Part shown: positions 36,849 to 50,296 of the stretch, piece by piece | How the letters are laid out: each line of letters starts with the position of its first letter | How positions within the stretch are numbered: the stretch's first letter is position 1 | Assembly: GCF_028641065.1 (NCBI RefSeq) | Contig: NC_073407.1 | Location: forward strand, 15,252,001-15,316,000 | Length of the DNA: 64,000 nucleotides | Origin: Leucoraja erinacea | Lineage: Eukaryota | Direction: 5' to 3' | Made by a program: the position numbers and the translations under genes | The notes under the pieces: generated by a model | Databases searched by the model: none | Seen by the model: the letters and a program-made list of their open reading frames with translations, nothing else | Told to the model about the DNA's origin: nothing

Positions 36849-37705
36849 GGACAAAGGACAAAAGGACAAAAGACATTTATTGTCACATACACCAATTGGT
36901 GGGGTGAAATTTGAGTTACCATGCAGCACACAAATAAGATAAACACAACACTATAGAATTTAACATAAAACATAAAAACATCCCCCCATCAGGAGAATCA
37001 ACGTTTCCCACTGTGAGGGAAGGCAACAAAATTCAGTTCTGGAAGAACACTCTCAGAGGCTTGTTCACCCGTGGTCGGGGCCTATTGAGGCCTCTGCAGT
37101 CACCGCAATGGCGGCTCGATGTTTCAGGCCCTCTCGCGGGGATGATGGAGCTCCGGCTTCGGGATGGAAGAACACTCTCAGAGGCTTGGAGTTTGCAAAA
37201 CGGCTGCTTCCTATCGGAGACCGCAGTTTCCGAAGTCCACAGGCCCGAGCTGGGCAGAGCTCCAACACTGGCAATCCTCGGCGAAAGATCCCAGGCTTGG
37301 CGATGTTAAAGTCAGCGCTGCCCACGGCTGGAAGCTCAGCTGACCACAGCTCCACGATGTAAAGTCGGCAGACACAACATTCCGGAGCTCCTCTAAGCAC
37401 CGCCCACTCTGTGATGGTAAAGTGCTGCGCTGCTCGCTGAAAATCTGGCCGGTCTCCGTGGGGGGGGGGGGCTGAAGATCTAGCGACTTAGGGCGTGAAA
37501 AGGATGCCCCCGACTCGGAGAAAAGATGCCCCCTCGACCAGGTAGTGACTGGGAAGACGGTTCCCCCCCCCCCCCCCCCCCCCCCCCCCCCACATAAAAA
37601 AGACTAAAAGATCTCCAAAACAAAACTTTTAGACAGACTGAAAATAACAAAAAGGGTGAAAGGACAGAGCTGCTGGCTAGGCTGCCACACCCGGTGGCAC
37701 CACCA
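36849..37705 (-). mobile_element. GC-rich non-autonomous retroelement with tandem-repeat tail, inserted into a SINE
   Basis: (ggacaaa)n tail followed by tttattgtcac; CpG-rich body; C29 run at 37563-37591; SINE halves at about 36715-36835 and 37710-37830. Confidence 0.55.
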
Positions 37706-38397
37706 CTCGGAGGTCATATCCCAAATGAGAGATTGGGGTAACAAAGAACTGGTGTGAATCGGTAATCGGTAATCAATGGTCAGCATAGATCTCGTGAGCT
37801 GAAGAACCTCTTTCAATGCTCTAAACTATGATCCACTGTTAAAACAACAGCTGAAGAAACAACAAATGAACATAGACTGTGGCCAATAATAGTTATGTCC
37901 TGACTAAATTCTCTCTCTAGTTCTGGGGGAAATGCCATCAGATGATGGAATCACTTAAAAGAGACATAAATTCAGCAAGGGGCAATTTGAGGTTAAGTAC
38001 ATTTCCTGTTTTTGAATTTGAATTCCATTATACTCTCAATAGTCAATAATGTCATTTCCCAAACCTCCTCATGATCCACACCAGATAGAGTGGACTATTT
38101 TGCATTAATAAAATAATCTGTCCAATCCATGTCAAATTAACATTTTCAAAGTTACTGATCATAATAGGACACAGACTCATAAAATGTTGTTATCGGCCCA
38201 CAATACACAGTGATACAGCACCAAGCCTGAAATAGGCACTGAGACTCATTACTCCTCCAATCAAAAAACCTTATAGGCGAATGAGAAGCATGTCAGGCCT
38301 TATGTGCTGTGCCATCTGAAAAAGTTATCCAACTTAATTTCTTACCCTGCTCTCCTCCCACAATCTACAAACTTTCTCAAACACATGTGCAGCCGAC

Positions 38398-38865
38398 TTC
38401 TTATCTTATCTTATCATCCTTTATTGTCATCTTGCAAAGCAACAGTTGTACAGTGCAAAATGAGAAGACGTTTCCCAGGGAATACCGGAGCATCACATAT
38501 AAAAACTTAAACATTTCATGCATAAAATAAAAACGATAAAAAAAAACAATCCAGTTCCTGATAAAACAGTACGATTAGTTAAAACAAGTGCAGGTAAAAT
38601 CAGCAACATTAAAATACAAGTAAAAACAGTCATAAAATGTTCAGGGCAGCTGATTTAAGTGGCCTGAGCCAGTGCCAGAGTTATTACTCAGTGCCAGTTA
38701 TTAAATTGTCAGTGCAAAAGCAGCAGAATCAGGTGGAGTGACTGTTTAGCAGCCTCACAGCCGTGAGCTGTTAAGCAGTCTGGTTGTCCGGGCTTTGATG
38801 CTACGGTATCTCTTTCCTGATGGCAGAAGATCTAGATGTGTGTGGAGTGGGTGCAGTCTGTCCTT
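38398..38865 (-). mobile_element. Rex1-type LINE 3' end
   Basis: (tctta)n tail followed by tttattgtca; RT C-terminal remnant LPSGKRYRSIKARTTRL on minus. Confidence 0.7.
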
Positions 38866-40403
38866 TTCTGAAGGTTTCCGTGGAATTTATTGCAGCACAG
38901 TTCATGTATTCCAGATCAAAACGACCCTGCGCCTGGAAAACATTCTCCTTATCTGCTTTTGGTTCTTCATCCAATTATTTTAAATCTCTGTCTCTGGCTG
39001 TGCAATCCTTCTCCTTGTTTGCCTCAGCAAAACCTGAAAATGCTTTCATTTCTACAGGTGGAAAATCAGCATATTCAGAAATAACCAAATAATATCCCAG
39101 TTCCCACCAGCAGGTACTCTGCTTACCCCAAGAACATGTCTGCACCAAATTAATTTTATATTAGAAAACCATGCCCTGGAAATGTGATTTCTGGTGAAAA
39201 ATAACTTTCTGATGTTCTATTTTAGCAGCTTATTATATATTCTAATTACACTAACATGAAACACTTATTTTAAAAATACAACTTTGGAAACCATCTGTTC
39301 ACCTCCACACTTTGTGTACAACCAAAGGTATTGTCTAATGAATTATCTCCAATTGTTCTTGTTCAGACTTCCAGCTAATTTGTGTAGTTCACATCATTTT
39401 GGCCACCATGACCACTGGTGAAAATGTACAGGAGCTTAAAAACCCACCAGATTTAAGAACTGCGTCTTCCCAGCAAGAAGCTTGTTCCTCAGGCTTTTGA
39501 ACACTGCACAACATTAACCTCAGCAACTAGGATCTAGAGAGTTTCAGACTTGCAATAACAATGTTTTCCCCAAGCAGGATTTTCAAAAATGAAGGCCTTT
39601 TGAATAGCAATAAGTTTATTTTTGTTACTGCAAGCTAAAACTACTAGAGGCCAAACATATGTCACATTGTTTAATAGAATAGCATTGCACATGCATCAAA
39701 GTATCAAAATAAGTGATTAATTGTCATTTTTAATAGCAGCCTGCAGTGAAACTGACCAAACTGTGATCATAAGAGTCAACGGTGTCTGATTACTGTGGGG
39801 AGATTACATGGAAACTATTTTTCCCTTGATTGTTACATTCTTTACAGCTTTTTTCCCTGCTTGTCAATATACAAAATAACTTAAGTGGTTTTACAGATCT
39901 TGCTCAAAATCGTGTTATTTCCACGTAAAAAAAATAGTGTGCCCTAATTCATCACTTGTGTTATATCCAATTCACGTCATGGGAACAGATGTTATGTTTT
40001 TAAAGTCACAGCTAATGTGCCTATAACCAGTCTGAAGAAGGGTCCCAACCGGAAATATTGCCTTTCCTTTCTCATCACAGACGCAGCTTGATTAGGTGAT
40101 TCCTTCAGCACTTTGTGTTCTGCTCAAGATTCGAGAAGCCGCAGTTTATTGCGTCTCTAATGTATCGGTAAAGCTCCAGCAAGCAAGAATTTAACTATTC
40201 CAATTCCTATTCGATGCACATACATAACAAATATGTACATGGTTCTTGCTCTTCCACCATCAAGGACCAAAGTCAATAATTCCCACTTTGCAGTATCATA
40301 GATTGACCACAAGGTGGTGGTCTACACCAGAAATTGTAATTCTATTCTCCACATCAGCAACCGCTGGGAAGCTGAATGACTTGCTTCCCACTCTAGTTCT
40401 GTT

Positions 40404-40811
40404 CAAAGATCCTATAGCGGAGCAAGATAGACCACTCCTGCTAAATGCAATGGGCTGACGTGTAGTACGCAACAGAGCGGAACGTGGGCCTTTTTTCATC
40501 CATTTCAGTAACCCGACCCGACCCGACCCGACTCGCAGTGTAATCAACGTTGTGGGGGAACAGTTTGTGTTAATAAATTATAATTCTGAAAATGAGGAGA
40601 AGATTTTTACCAAAGAACTTTTATTTTTACGAGGATGTTTCCGTAACCGGTTTCCGTCTCTGCACTAGTATCTTTGCTCCGCTGTGGGATCTTTGGTGCG
40701 GAGACAGAAGCCGGTTACGGAAATGGGGCTGAAAATTACCCCTGAATCTGCCCATGACTGTACTACGCCTTTTTCGTTGAGTGATCTATCTTGCTTGCTA
40801 TAGGATCTTTG
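40404..40811. mobile_element. MITE with about 34-bp TIRs beginning CAAAGATCCTATAGC
   Basis: Left caaagatcctatagcggagcaagatagaccactc; right gagtgatctatcttgcttgctataggatctttg; internal (ccga)n-like repeat and a third TIR-like copy at 40669-40695; no clear TSD. Confidence 0.85.
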
Positions 40812-41829
40812 TACACTCTGAGGTGGCCAATGAAGCTACTGTGGGATTGCCAAATCCAGCTACGGGTGAGGCAGAAGTGCCTGCCAGATGGATGATTTCT
40901 TTGGAAAGTGGTGTCTTAGTTTGGAGATTAGTGACACAGCATGGAAACAGATCCTTTGGCTCACTGAGACCATGCCGACCATCAACCACCTGTTCACACA
41001 GTTATATGTTTAATATGTATATCCGATCCTGAATACAGTGCTGTCTGTATGGAGTTTGTACGTTCTCCTATGATCGCATGGGCTCCTGCCTGGTGCTCCG
41101 GTATCCTCCCACACTCCATAGACAAACAGGATTGTAGGTTAATTGGCTTCAGTAAAGGTTGCAAATTGTCTCAAGAGTGTAGGACAATGCTAGCGTACGG
41201 GATCGCTGGTCAGCACAAACTTGGTGGGCCGAAGGGCCTGTTTCCATGCTGTATCTCTGAAAAATAAAAACACTGGAGCCAGATGTGCGTAATTGCAAAT
41301 GTAATTGGAGCATTTTCAAAGTGCAAAAAACAATGTGCCGGAGGAACTCAATGAGTCAGCCAGCCTGGTCCTGATGCAAAATATTGTCTCTCCGTTACCT
41401 TCACCGATGCTGCCTGACCCAATGAGCTTTTTCCAGCAAGAGTAACACTTAATTATACTCTCAATTAATTTCTAGCATTCAAAGTTTTATTTGCGTAAAC
41501 ACATGCAAACGCACATGCCCATCGATATTAGAATGAACAATGCACTACTGACAACAGATGTAGGACATGTCATTGACTCAGTCCATTTCCTGCCGGGTGG
41601 GTAAACTTACAATGATCTTATTTGTTTATCAACCAATCTACAACTCAGCCCCTCCACCACCAGTGCACTGTGACCACAGTATATACTACTTTCAATTCGC
41701 ACCACAGCAATTCACAGAGCTGAGTTTGATAGTGACCCCTGATCCTGGTAACGAACATGGACAAGATTATAAATATACGGGAACATTCCTTCAAGCCACG
41801 TGCCTTACTGGCTTAGAACGTAGAGAAGT

Positions 41830-42340
41830 AAGGCAAGGCAAGGCAAGTTTATTTATATAGCACCATTCGTGCAAACAGCAATTCAAGGTGCTTTACAGGA
41901 AAGAAAAAATATAGTCAATAATTAAAAATTGCAAAATAAGGAATACGACAAATGTATGAATAATAAAACAACGTCAATGAAACAATAAAACGATTTTAAG
42001 TAGCACATAAAAGGGGTTAAAATTAGACGGTTAAGATTACCTGCATGTTGGGTTAAAGACAAGCTATAGTAAACAACAGTGTTTTTAGGCCTGATTTAAA
42101 TGCGCTTACAGTCTGTGCACACCTCAGGTGTTCAGGGAGCATGCTCCATAGGTGTGGAGCATAAAAACCGAAAGCTGCTTCAGCCTTTTTAGTTCTGACC
42201 CTGGGAACACAGAGTAAACCTGTCCCTGAAGACCTGTGGAGTCTAGGCGCCTCATATACAACAAGTAGGTCAGAGATGTATTTTGGACCTAGACCATTCA
42301 GTGCCTTGTAGGTCAGTAACAGAATTTTCAAATATATCCT
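41830..42340 (-). mobile_element. L2-type LINE 3' fragment
   Basis: KILLLTYKALNGLGPKYISDLL...AFKSGLKTLLF; (gcaag)n tail. Confidence 0.85.
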
Positions 42341-43119
42341 CTTACACACAGGGATAGCACAGGAACAGTCTCTTTGACCCACAATGTCCGTGCCGAACAT
42401 GATGCCAAGATGAACGGATCTCCTCTACCTGCATATGAATATATCCTTCAAATTCCCTGCATATCCAGGGAGTTGGAAAAATTGTCATCATCGCCGGCTG
42501 AAATGTTCTCAGCTGATACCAACACTACTGGCCACGCTCTCATGTCACCACTACCGTTGGGAAGTATATGATTCTGAAAACTGTGATCTCCAGGTTTAAG
42601 AACATCTTTTCTTCCCAGCATCCATCTGGCTCCTGAACACTGCACAATATTAACCTCAGCAACTCTAATCTTTCATGTTCTTTTGTGCCTATTCTTACAG
42701 TACAGGCTTTTGTGCCTTTTGTTACAGTACAGTACTGTGACTTTTGTTATAGTACAGACTTTGGTTTTGCTCCATTATGGTTATATAGTATTACGGTTAT
42801 TAATTTATTGCTGTATTAATTATTATATATTTATTTGAATGTTGTTACATTAAAGGCCTGTTAAGCTGCAAGAAGTAAGAATTTAATTGTTCTGTTGCTC
42901 ATACATATGACAATTAAGCACTTTGACAGGATGTAAGAGTAGTTCAAGATGGCCCCTGTTCCTTTCTCACACCAACCAGAGAGATAAATGACATACTAGT
43001 GGTGGGATAATGCAGTAATTAAGCCACCTAAGAACAAGGAGAATGGAGTAATTATTCATCCTCAAAGCTTAGAAAGAACCTAAAGGTTAATTTGGAGATA
43101 CTCAAGAAACTGTAGAATT

Positions 43120-43410
43120 AGTTTAGTGATACAACGTGGAAACAGGCCCTTCTGCCCACCGAGTCTGCACCAACCAGCGATCCCCGCACATTAACACTAT
43201 CCTACACACTAGGTATAATTTACACTTATACCAAGCCAATCGACCCACAAACCTGTACATCTTTGGTGTGTGGGAGGAAACCGAAGATCTCGGAGAAAAC
43301 CCGCGTGGTCACGGTGCAAACGTGCAGACTCCATACAGACAGCACCCATAGTGGGGATTGAATCTGGATCTCTGGCTCAGTAAGGCAACAACAACATTAC
43401 CGTTGCGCCA
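43120..43410 (-). mobile_element. tRNA-head SINE
   Basis: Minus strand tggcgcaacggta A box; same family core. Confidence 0.75.
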
Positions 43411-43411
43411 C

Positions 43412-44268
43412 AGGAAGAGATAGAGAATTTTGTAACATGGTGTAGGATAATAAGCTCTCCCTCAATGTCAACAAGATGAAGGAGCTAGTAATTGACTTCA
43501 GGAAGCATGTTGGAGAACATTCCCCATTCTCCTTTCATGGTGCTGATGTGGAAATGGTTAAAAGCTTCAAGTTTCTTGGTGTAAATATTACTAAAAATCT
43601 GTCGTAAACCAACCATATACACACAATAGCCAAGTGGGCACACCAAAACCTCTTCTTCCTGAAGAGACTGAGTGACTTCAGCATATCTACATGGACTCTT
43701 ACAAACTTCTACAGATTAACCATGGTAAGCATACTGTTGGGTTGCATCGCAGCTTGGTTTGGAAATAAATCTTCCTAAGACCACAAGAAATTGCAGAGAG
43801 TTGTAGATGTAGCTCAATCCATTGCATAGAACCGGAGGTCCCACCATTGACTCCATCTAAACTTCATGCCGTGTCGAAAAAGCAGCTAACATAATCAAAG
43901 ACTTGTCCCACACTGGTCATTTCTTCTTGCTCTAATTTGGCAAAAGGTGCAGGAGCTTGAAAGTGCACATCTCCAGATTCAGCAGAACATATTCCCCTCT
44001 GTTAACAAGCTTCTGAATGGTCTTTCCATAAGGTAGGATACTGTTCGATTCACCTCTACCCCATTGTGGACATTGTACTTTGTTTATGGAACTGCTTCAC
44101 TACAATGCTGTGAACTATATTATGTACTCTGCATCTTCCCCTTAGCACTATCTATTGTACTTGAGTTTGACTTGGTTTATTTATATATTTTATATCTGAT
44201 TTGTTTGGATAGGATGCAAAACAAATCTTTTCACTGTACCTCAGTACAAGTGACAATAAACCTAAACC
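43412..44268 (+). mobile_element. Decayed Rex1-type LINE 3' portion
   Basis: LSLNVNKMKELVIDFRK, SFKFLGV motifs; tail acaataaacctaaac. Confidence 0.8.
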
Positions 44269-45309
44269 CAACAGTAGAGAAATTTCTGTGATTAAATAAA
44301 TCTGGAATAAAAAAAGTAGTATCATTAATATAAAAACTCATGTGGTTTACCACTAACCAGGGAATGAAATCTTCCTTCTTTGCTAGGCTTGACCTAAATG
44401 TGACTTCAGCTCCATTAGTGGAGGTTGGCTTAACTGCCTCTGAAATACTCAGCGAGCCATTCAGTACAGAGGCATGTTCAGAGGAACAGTGAATGCCAGC
44501 TTTGCCACTTCCGCATCTCAGGGACAAATGAAGTACAGCTGCCTTTCAGTAGAGGTCACAGGCTGGTGATCAGGAGCCAGGCTGTTCTCTCGGAGATGAA
44601 GACACGTCTTCTTGTGTTGACTTGTTACCTAACTTGTGCTATTTGAGAGGTTCAATGGCCTCTAATTGGGATGTCAACCATATATTGGCACATTTCCCAT
44701 ATGCTGTGCTGTCTTGTTATCTGGAAGCAAATGATGAAACAGGCAAAGAAATTGAGAACATTTTGAAAGACTGGTATCTGGCGGAAAAAAGATCATTATC
44801 GTACTTCTTAGGGAGCAGGTGATCAGCAGGTAGGCAAATTCTTGCCAATTAGGTGCAGGTGCAGGTGCAGGTAGTTTCTAATCCATGCCAATGGAACCAA
44901 TTTGATCACAATATGATATCCTGCCTTTGCATCACTCTATAAAACTGCTGGCCAACAACGTCAGTGTAAGCTTGGGCTGTGACACTAGCTCCTTCTGTAT
45001 ATCCAATGGATACGATGTGAATAGCTCCTCCAAAATAACAGTGAAAGGGTGTTCTATCGAATTTGGCATTTGGCATCTTACACACTTACATACAACTTTC
45101 TTTAAAAGGTGAAACAAACCACAGGGTCTGTCCATGTATTATTTGAACTCGATTATCTGACATGAATGTTACAAATGTTCAGATTTATGACCTGAACAAA
45201 TCTAACTGAAACTTACAAAGTTCCCTTTGTAAGTTGAATTGGAACTTCCAGTCCCGTTGGTTATCCACCTTGGCTTCCACATGGATTTCATGGGATCAAG
45301 TTCACTTCA

Positions 45310-46105
45310 TGGAAATGCTCATGATGAGACAGAATGCTGCCTGAAGTAGAGGGTTTCAGTGAGAGGTTGGATAGACTTGGAATGTTTACTCTGGAACATC
45401 GGAGATTGCGGGGAGACTTGATAAAAATATATAATAATAATAATAATAACTTTATTCATAGAGCACTTTAAAAACAACCACAGTTGCAACAAAGTGCTGT
45501 ACATGACTAATCATGGACAAGAAATTATTACATAACAATAAAAACATTAAACGAAAGAGTAAAAACAATAAAATTAAAAACATTAAAAGCACTAAAAACA
45601 GGAGCAAAGTCTCAAGCAGTGTCAAAAGCCAAGGAATATAAATGTGTTTTAATACTGGTTTTGAAGATGGACAGTGAGGGGGCCTGTCTGATGTGCAACG
45701 GCAGGGTGTTCCAGAGTGCCGGAGCAGCAACAGAGAAGGCTCTATCCCCTCTGTTAAAATTATGAGAGGCATAGATAGGATATACAGTCAGGACATTTTT
45801 CCCAGGGTTGAAATGCCCAACACTAGAGGGCTTAGCTATAAGGTGGGAGGTGAAAAGTTTTATGGAGATATGCAAGGCAATTTTTTTTACATAGAGAGTA
45901 GTGGGGGCCTGGAACGCATTGCCAGGGACAGTGTTGGAGGCAGGTATGATAGTGGCATTTAAGAGGCTTTTATGTAGGTACATAGAAGTGCAGGGTATAT
46001 GGATCATGTACAGTCAGATCATCTGTTTAACTTGGCATCATGTTTCAGCAGAAACATTGTGGGCCAAAGGGCCTGTTCCTGTGTTGTACTGTTCGCTGTT
46101 CTAAT
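45310..46105 (+). mobile_element. CR1 3' fragment interrupted by an antisense L2 3' end (about 45430-45755)
   Basis: CR1 text (..ggggagacttgata / aaaattatgagaggcatagatagg..) is split by a (taa)n tail plus RGDRAFSVAAPALWNTLP; the insert is the same family as 59300-60270. Confidence 0.85.
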
Positions 46106-47029
46106 CACTCACAGAGAACTCCAAGGATGGTAAAAACACTGAGGCAGATGTTTAGGAACGTGAATATGACATTGTACATTGCATCTAACCCTCATCAAGC
46201 CAATCACGGGGCAAGTGACATGTTTCTCGTAACACCCCTGGGCAATATTTGCTCAGTTTACCGTAACCAAGAACCTTCAAGACTCATACAGCATAATTAG
46301 AAGGAAGTTCCTATAGTTACATTCAACTTTAACCTGAGAAGAACATTTTATATTATTTCAGCGAAGATTTCTATTTCCCATTGCTTTTTGGTCTTACCCC
46401 ACTAACAGTGCAGGCTTATGCCAGAAAGGGGCCAGAAATAATCACTGTTTCAATACCAGGCATTTCAAACCCAACTCCCCAAGGATAACAGAGTGGATTG
46501 TTCTCAATAAGTGGAAGATTCGATGAGACTTTTATTCAAATTCTTCATCCCAGATTTTTGATCATTGCATCAACCACTTTGCTCATTACTAACTTTTCGT
46601 GTTGTGGATTTTGTAAAGTAGAGATAATTCTCACTAAACGCCACTCCACCCCAAACAGGAAGAGCTTGACTAATGCTGTGCATGTTAGATTCCAAGAACC
46701 TTCTCAGTTGATTGTTATCGGTATATTTCATTGCTTTTGAAAGCAGCAAACCTCAAACACAGTTTCTACTTCTGGTATGCGTAGAGATTAAAGTCAACCT
46801 CATTCTGGCTGCCTTCGGCGTTATTTTTCAGTAATACACGTTAGTCCACAACATAAGCTTATCTTTGTGATCTTATAAACTGTATCACTGATCTTTGCAG
46901 TTACTATGTTTTTTAATATCAATTCCATCTGGTCCTTGGGTTCATGGATGTTATTTCTGTTTATGATCCATATATCTTGCTGCGATTCCCCATGAGCCAC
47001 ATCTACATGCATCTCTCTCATCTTCTAAC

Positions 47030-47410
47030 CAGCTAAGTTGTACAATGCATTGCTGAGACCGCACGTGGAGTAGTGTGTACAGTTTTGGTCATGCTTTTAT
47101 AGGAGAGATGCAATGAAGCTGGAAAGGGCGCGGAGATGATTTCTGAGCATGTTGAGAGATATCAAGAGCCTGAGCTATAGGGAGAGGTTGGGAAGGTTAG
47201 GACTTTATTCTGAGGAATGCAAGAGGCTGAGAGATTATCTTATACCCTATAGAGATATATAAAACCACGAGGGGCATAGGTAGGGTGAATGCTTAGTGTC
47301 TTTTTCACGGGGAAGGGGATTCAAGAACTAGAAAACATAGATTTGAGAGGGAAAAAGTTGATAGGAACCTGAGGGATAATGTTCTCCTACAGAGAGTGGT
47401 GAGGACATTG
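47030..47410 (+). mobile_element. CR1-type LINE fragment
   Basis: LYNALLRPHVE*CVQFWS..LSYRERLGRLGLYS remnant. Confidence 0.8.
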
Positions 47411-47487
47411 TCAACCAGTTGGTTTTCTCATTGATGGAAAATTGTTAGTTTCCCCTCAACAGCCATAAATCAATCATAAGGCTAGCA

Positions 47488-47677
47488 GAAGGTACACAAA
47501 AATGCTGGAGAAACTCAGCGGGTGCAGCAGCATCTATGGAGCGAAGGAAATAGGCAACGTTTCGGGCCGAAACGTTGCCTATTTCCTTCGCTCCATAGAT
47601 GCTGCCGCACCCGCTGAGTTTCTCCAGCATTTTTGTGTACCTTCGATTTTCCAGCATCTGCAGTTCCTTCTTAAACA
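47488..47677. mobile_element. Near-perfect 157-bp palindrome (47488-47644) of Penelope terminal repeats plus tail
   Basis: gaaggtacacaaaaatgctggag...gtttcgg-g-ccgaaac...ctccagcatttttgtgtaccttc; arms differ at one position. Confidence 0.9.
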
Positions 47678-48844
47678 TAAGGATAGCAGATATTTTCTTT
47701 CTGAGCTCTTTCTGTCAAATTCACTCCGATCGACAAGTTACTGCTTGCTATGGCTATCAGAGTGAAAACTCTTCCATGGTTGGACTCTGGCGAGGTGACC
47801 CTTTAAGTTGGCCCACAGAATGACGTTACAATGCTCGCTTCAGGAATGCGGGTGGATAAACATTTAGATGGAACGTTGAAACACTGATATCTTATCAGTA
47901 TTTATCAGATTGGCAGCAACTCCAAGAGAGCAGAGTCCTGCGATACAACAGGGAAGAGGAACTAACAGGCGTCTCCATTCTGTCTCTGTGCCTGCTGACC
48001 TGGGCTTAGCTCTCTCATTCTAACTCAAACTCAGGCAAGACCCTGACATACAAACCCTTCTTTGGGTCCTCTAACTTGATACCGATTTTACGCAATTTTT
48101 CTGGGGATACGTCTCCAGCCTAACTCCGCTAAACATTAACACTCGCAGAAAGCTCATTTCTTACTAAATCTCTTTCAATCAGCTAAAGTAGATTTGCAGT
48201 CACACTGGCAAAGTTATAAGATGTTAAATACCCCTCTCGGTCTGGCATTCGAGTCCGGTGTATTCTGCATGTCATTTTTAATCCTACCCATTATTTTCCC
48301 GATGTTTTACTCTTTCCCGCGGGGATCTCCCGATGGTATCTGGCACCAGTGGGAATGCAACTGATGCCAGGCAGTCTTCCCTGATTGCTGCCATTGTTTG
48401 GCAGGGAATTCCTGAGCTGTTAAATTGCCCTGTGGCGCCATGTCAGCAGGCAAGAATGTCAGGGTGGGAGTTGTTGGGGAAAACCCAGCAGCAAGTGGCG
48501 TGACATGGTCAGAACTCAGAGCAGCCATTCCTCAGTTCTACTGTTTCCCAATAAGGGTTAGGCTTGCCAGGAGAGGACATTACTACAATGATACACAGGG
48601 GAAGGGCTCAATCAACGGTGGGTTCCTATCCTTTAGTCATCATCTTTGCTGTGCCATGAATTCAAAGTGGGTGTCTGAATGGAGATTAAATCCAGTTGTT
48701 GTCCAACTTCTGGTCCCATCATTGTTACCACATGACGTTCAATCTTTAGAACCAATCAAACTTTCTTCCTTTTGTCACCATTGAATCTCCTTTCTGAATG
48801 TTTTTCCAACTCCAGTCTCTATCTTGACTTATGCAGGCAAACAG

Positions 48845-49375
48845 TAAGAGTTGGATAGGCCAGCACTTGTTTTCTCTGGGGGTGGATGAGGGGGTGACCT
48901 TATTGAGATGTACAAGTTCATGAGGGACACGGATAAAATGAACATTTACAGCCTTTTCCCCAAGGCAGAGGATTCGAAAACGAGGAGGTGATCATACAGA
49001 GGTGCATGCAGTTATGGGGGAATAGATAGCGGTATTTTCTCCGCTAGGGAAATCAAGATCTAGAGGGTATACGTTTAAGATGCGAATAGAAAGATTTAAT
49101 AAGAACAGGCATTTAATTAGAATACCAGGGGCAGATTTCTCACACAAAGGGTAGTGGGTCTATGGAACGAGCTGCCAGAAGTAGTAGCTGAGGGAGGAAT
49201 TAATACAACATTTAAAACAAACATTTGGACAGGTACATGGATAAGAAAGGTTTGGGGGGATATGGATCAAACACGGGCAAATGGGATTAGCTTTGACAAG
49301 GCACCTTTGTCAGGAAGGACGAGTTGGGCCGAATGGCCTGTTTCTGTGCTGTATGACCCTATGACTATGACTCTA
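48845..49375 (+). mobile_element. CR1-type LINE 3' fragments
   Basis: GLWNELPEVVAEGG remnant; tail ctgtgctgtatgaccctatgactatgac. Confidence 0.75.
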
Positions 49376-50139
49376 AGTGTGAGCAATGACCAATTGCGTG
49401 ATACTTTCAGGGAGTAGCTGAAATCCATGCAATTGTAATGCAGAATACAGAAAAGACTTGGGTAAAGCATGAAATAAACAATAAACAAACAGGAGTTTAA
49501 AATATGAACCTCTTTTGAATCTGAAATTGCGACTCTTAGTTTCTATAAATAGGTAGTTTGCTGAATTTATTCATCAGGAGGCCATGTAATCAGCATTTGC
49601 AGAGCAAGGGAACTGAAGTGTTCATTTAAACACTTTCTTCACCACCGTTTTACACTTCAGCGATGATAACCCAAAGCTAATTACCTCATGAAAGAGTATT
49701 AATTAATGAATGATGGTTGAATTGGCAAATTTATTAACAAGCAGCTGAGATGCAGACTGAAAATGTGCCTGGTGGGTCAGGAGGTAGGTTGTGGAGATGG
49801 TGTTGATTTTGGGGAGGGGGTGGTGGGGGTTGGTAGGGGGTTTGGAGTGGGAGGTGGGTTATGGAAGATGGTGTTGCTGGTGGTGTGGGGAGCCGGGTGG
49901 ATGTGTGTGGGGTGTGGAAGTGGGTGATGATTGCAGGGGTGGTTGCTGATTCAGCTACTGAGCTTTGAAGGGTAGCACGGGCCCACTGCCCGTGTCAGGT
50001 TAAATGACCTCAGTGAACACGGCATGTGAGGTATTATAAATCTTCTCAATATCACTCCATCAATAACCAGAAATTAGGCAGCATTCCACTTTAGAATTCT
50101 TTCGATTCTTATTTATGAATATCAGGTAAAGAAAAGATT

Positions 50140-50296
50140 AGAAGTAGACACAAATGGCTGGAGTAGCTCAGCGGAACAGGCAGCATCCGAGGAGAGAAGG
50201 AACCTTCTCAACAGAGATGCTGCCTGGCCCGCTGAGCTACTCCAACGTTTTGTATCTACCTTTGATTTAAACCAGCATCTGCAGTTCTTTCCTACA
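50140..50296. mobile_element. Inverted Penelope terminal-repeat pair
   Basis: ctggagtagctcagcgg..caggcagcatc / gatgctgcctgg.ccgctgagctactcca. Confidence 0.7.

Noticed and set aside
42429-42573. Apparent minus-strand exon (ttttcag...gcag|gtagag)
   Set aside because: Stops in all three frames, and the donor lies inside a CR1 3' remnant
47445-47823. Mirror-image ORFs MLEKLSGC... on both strands
   Set aside because: Artefact of the palindromic repeat
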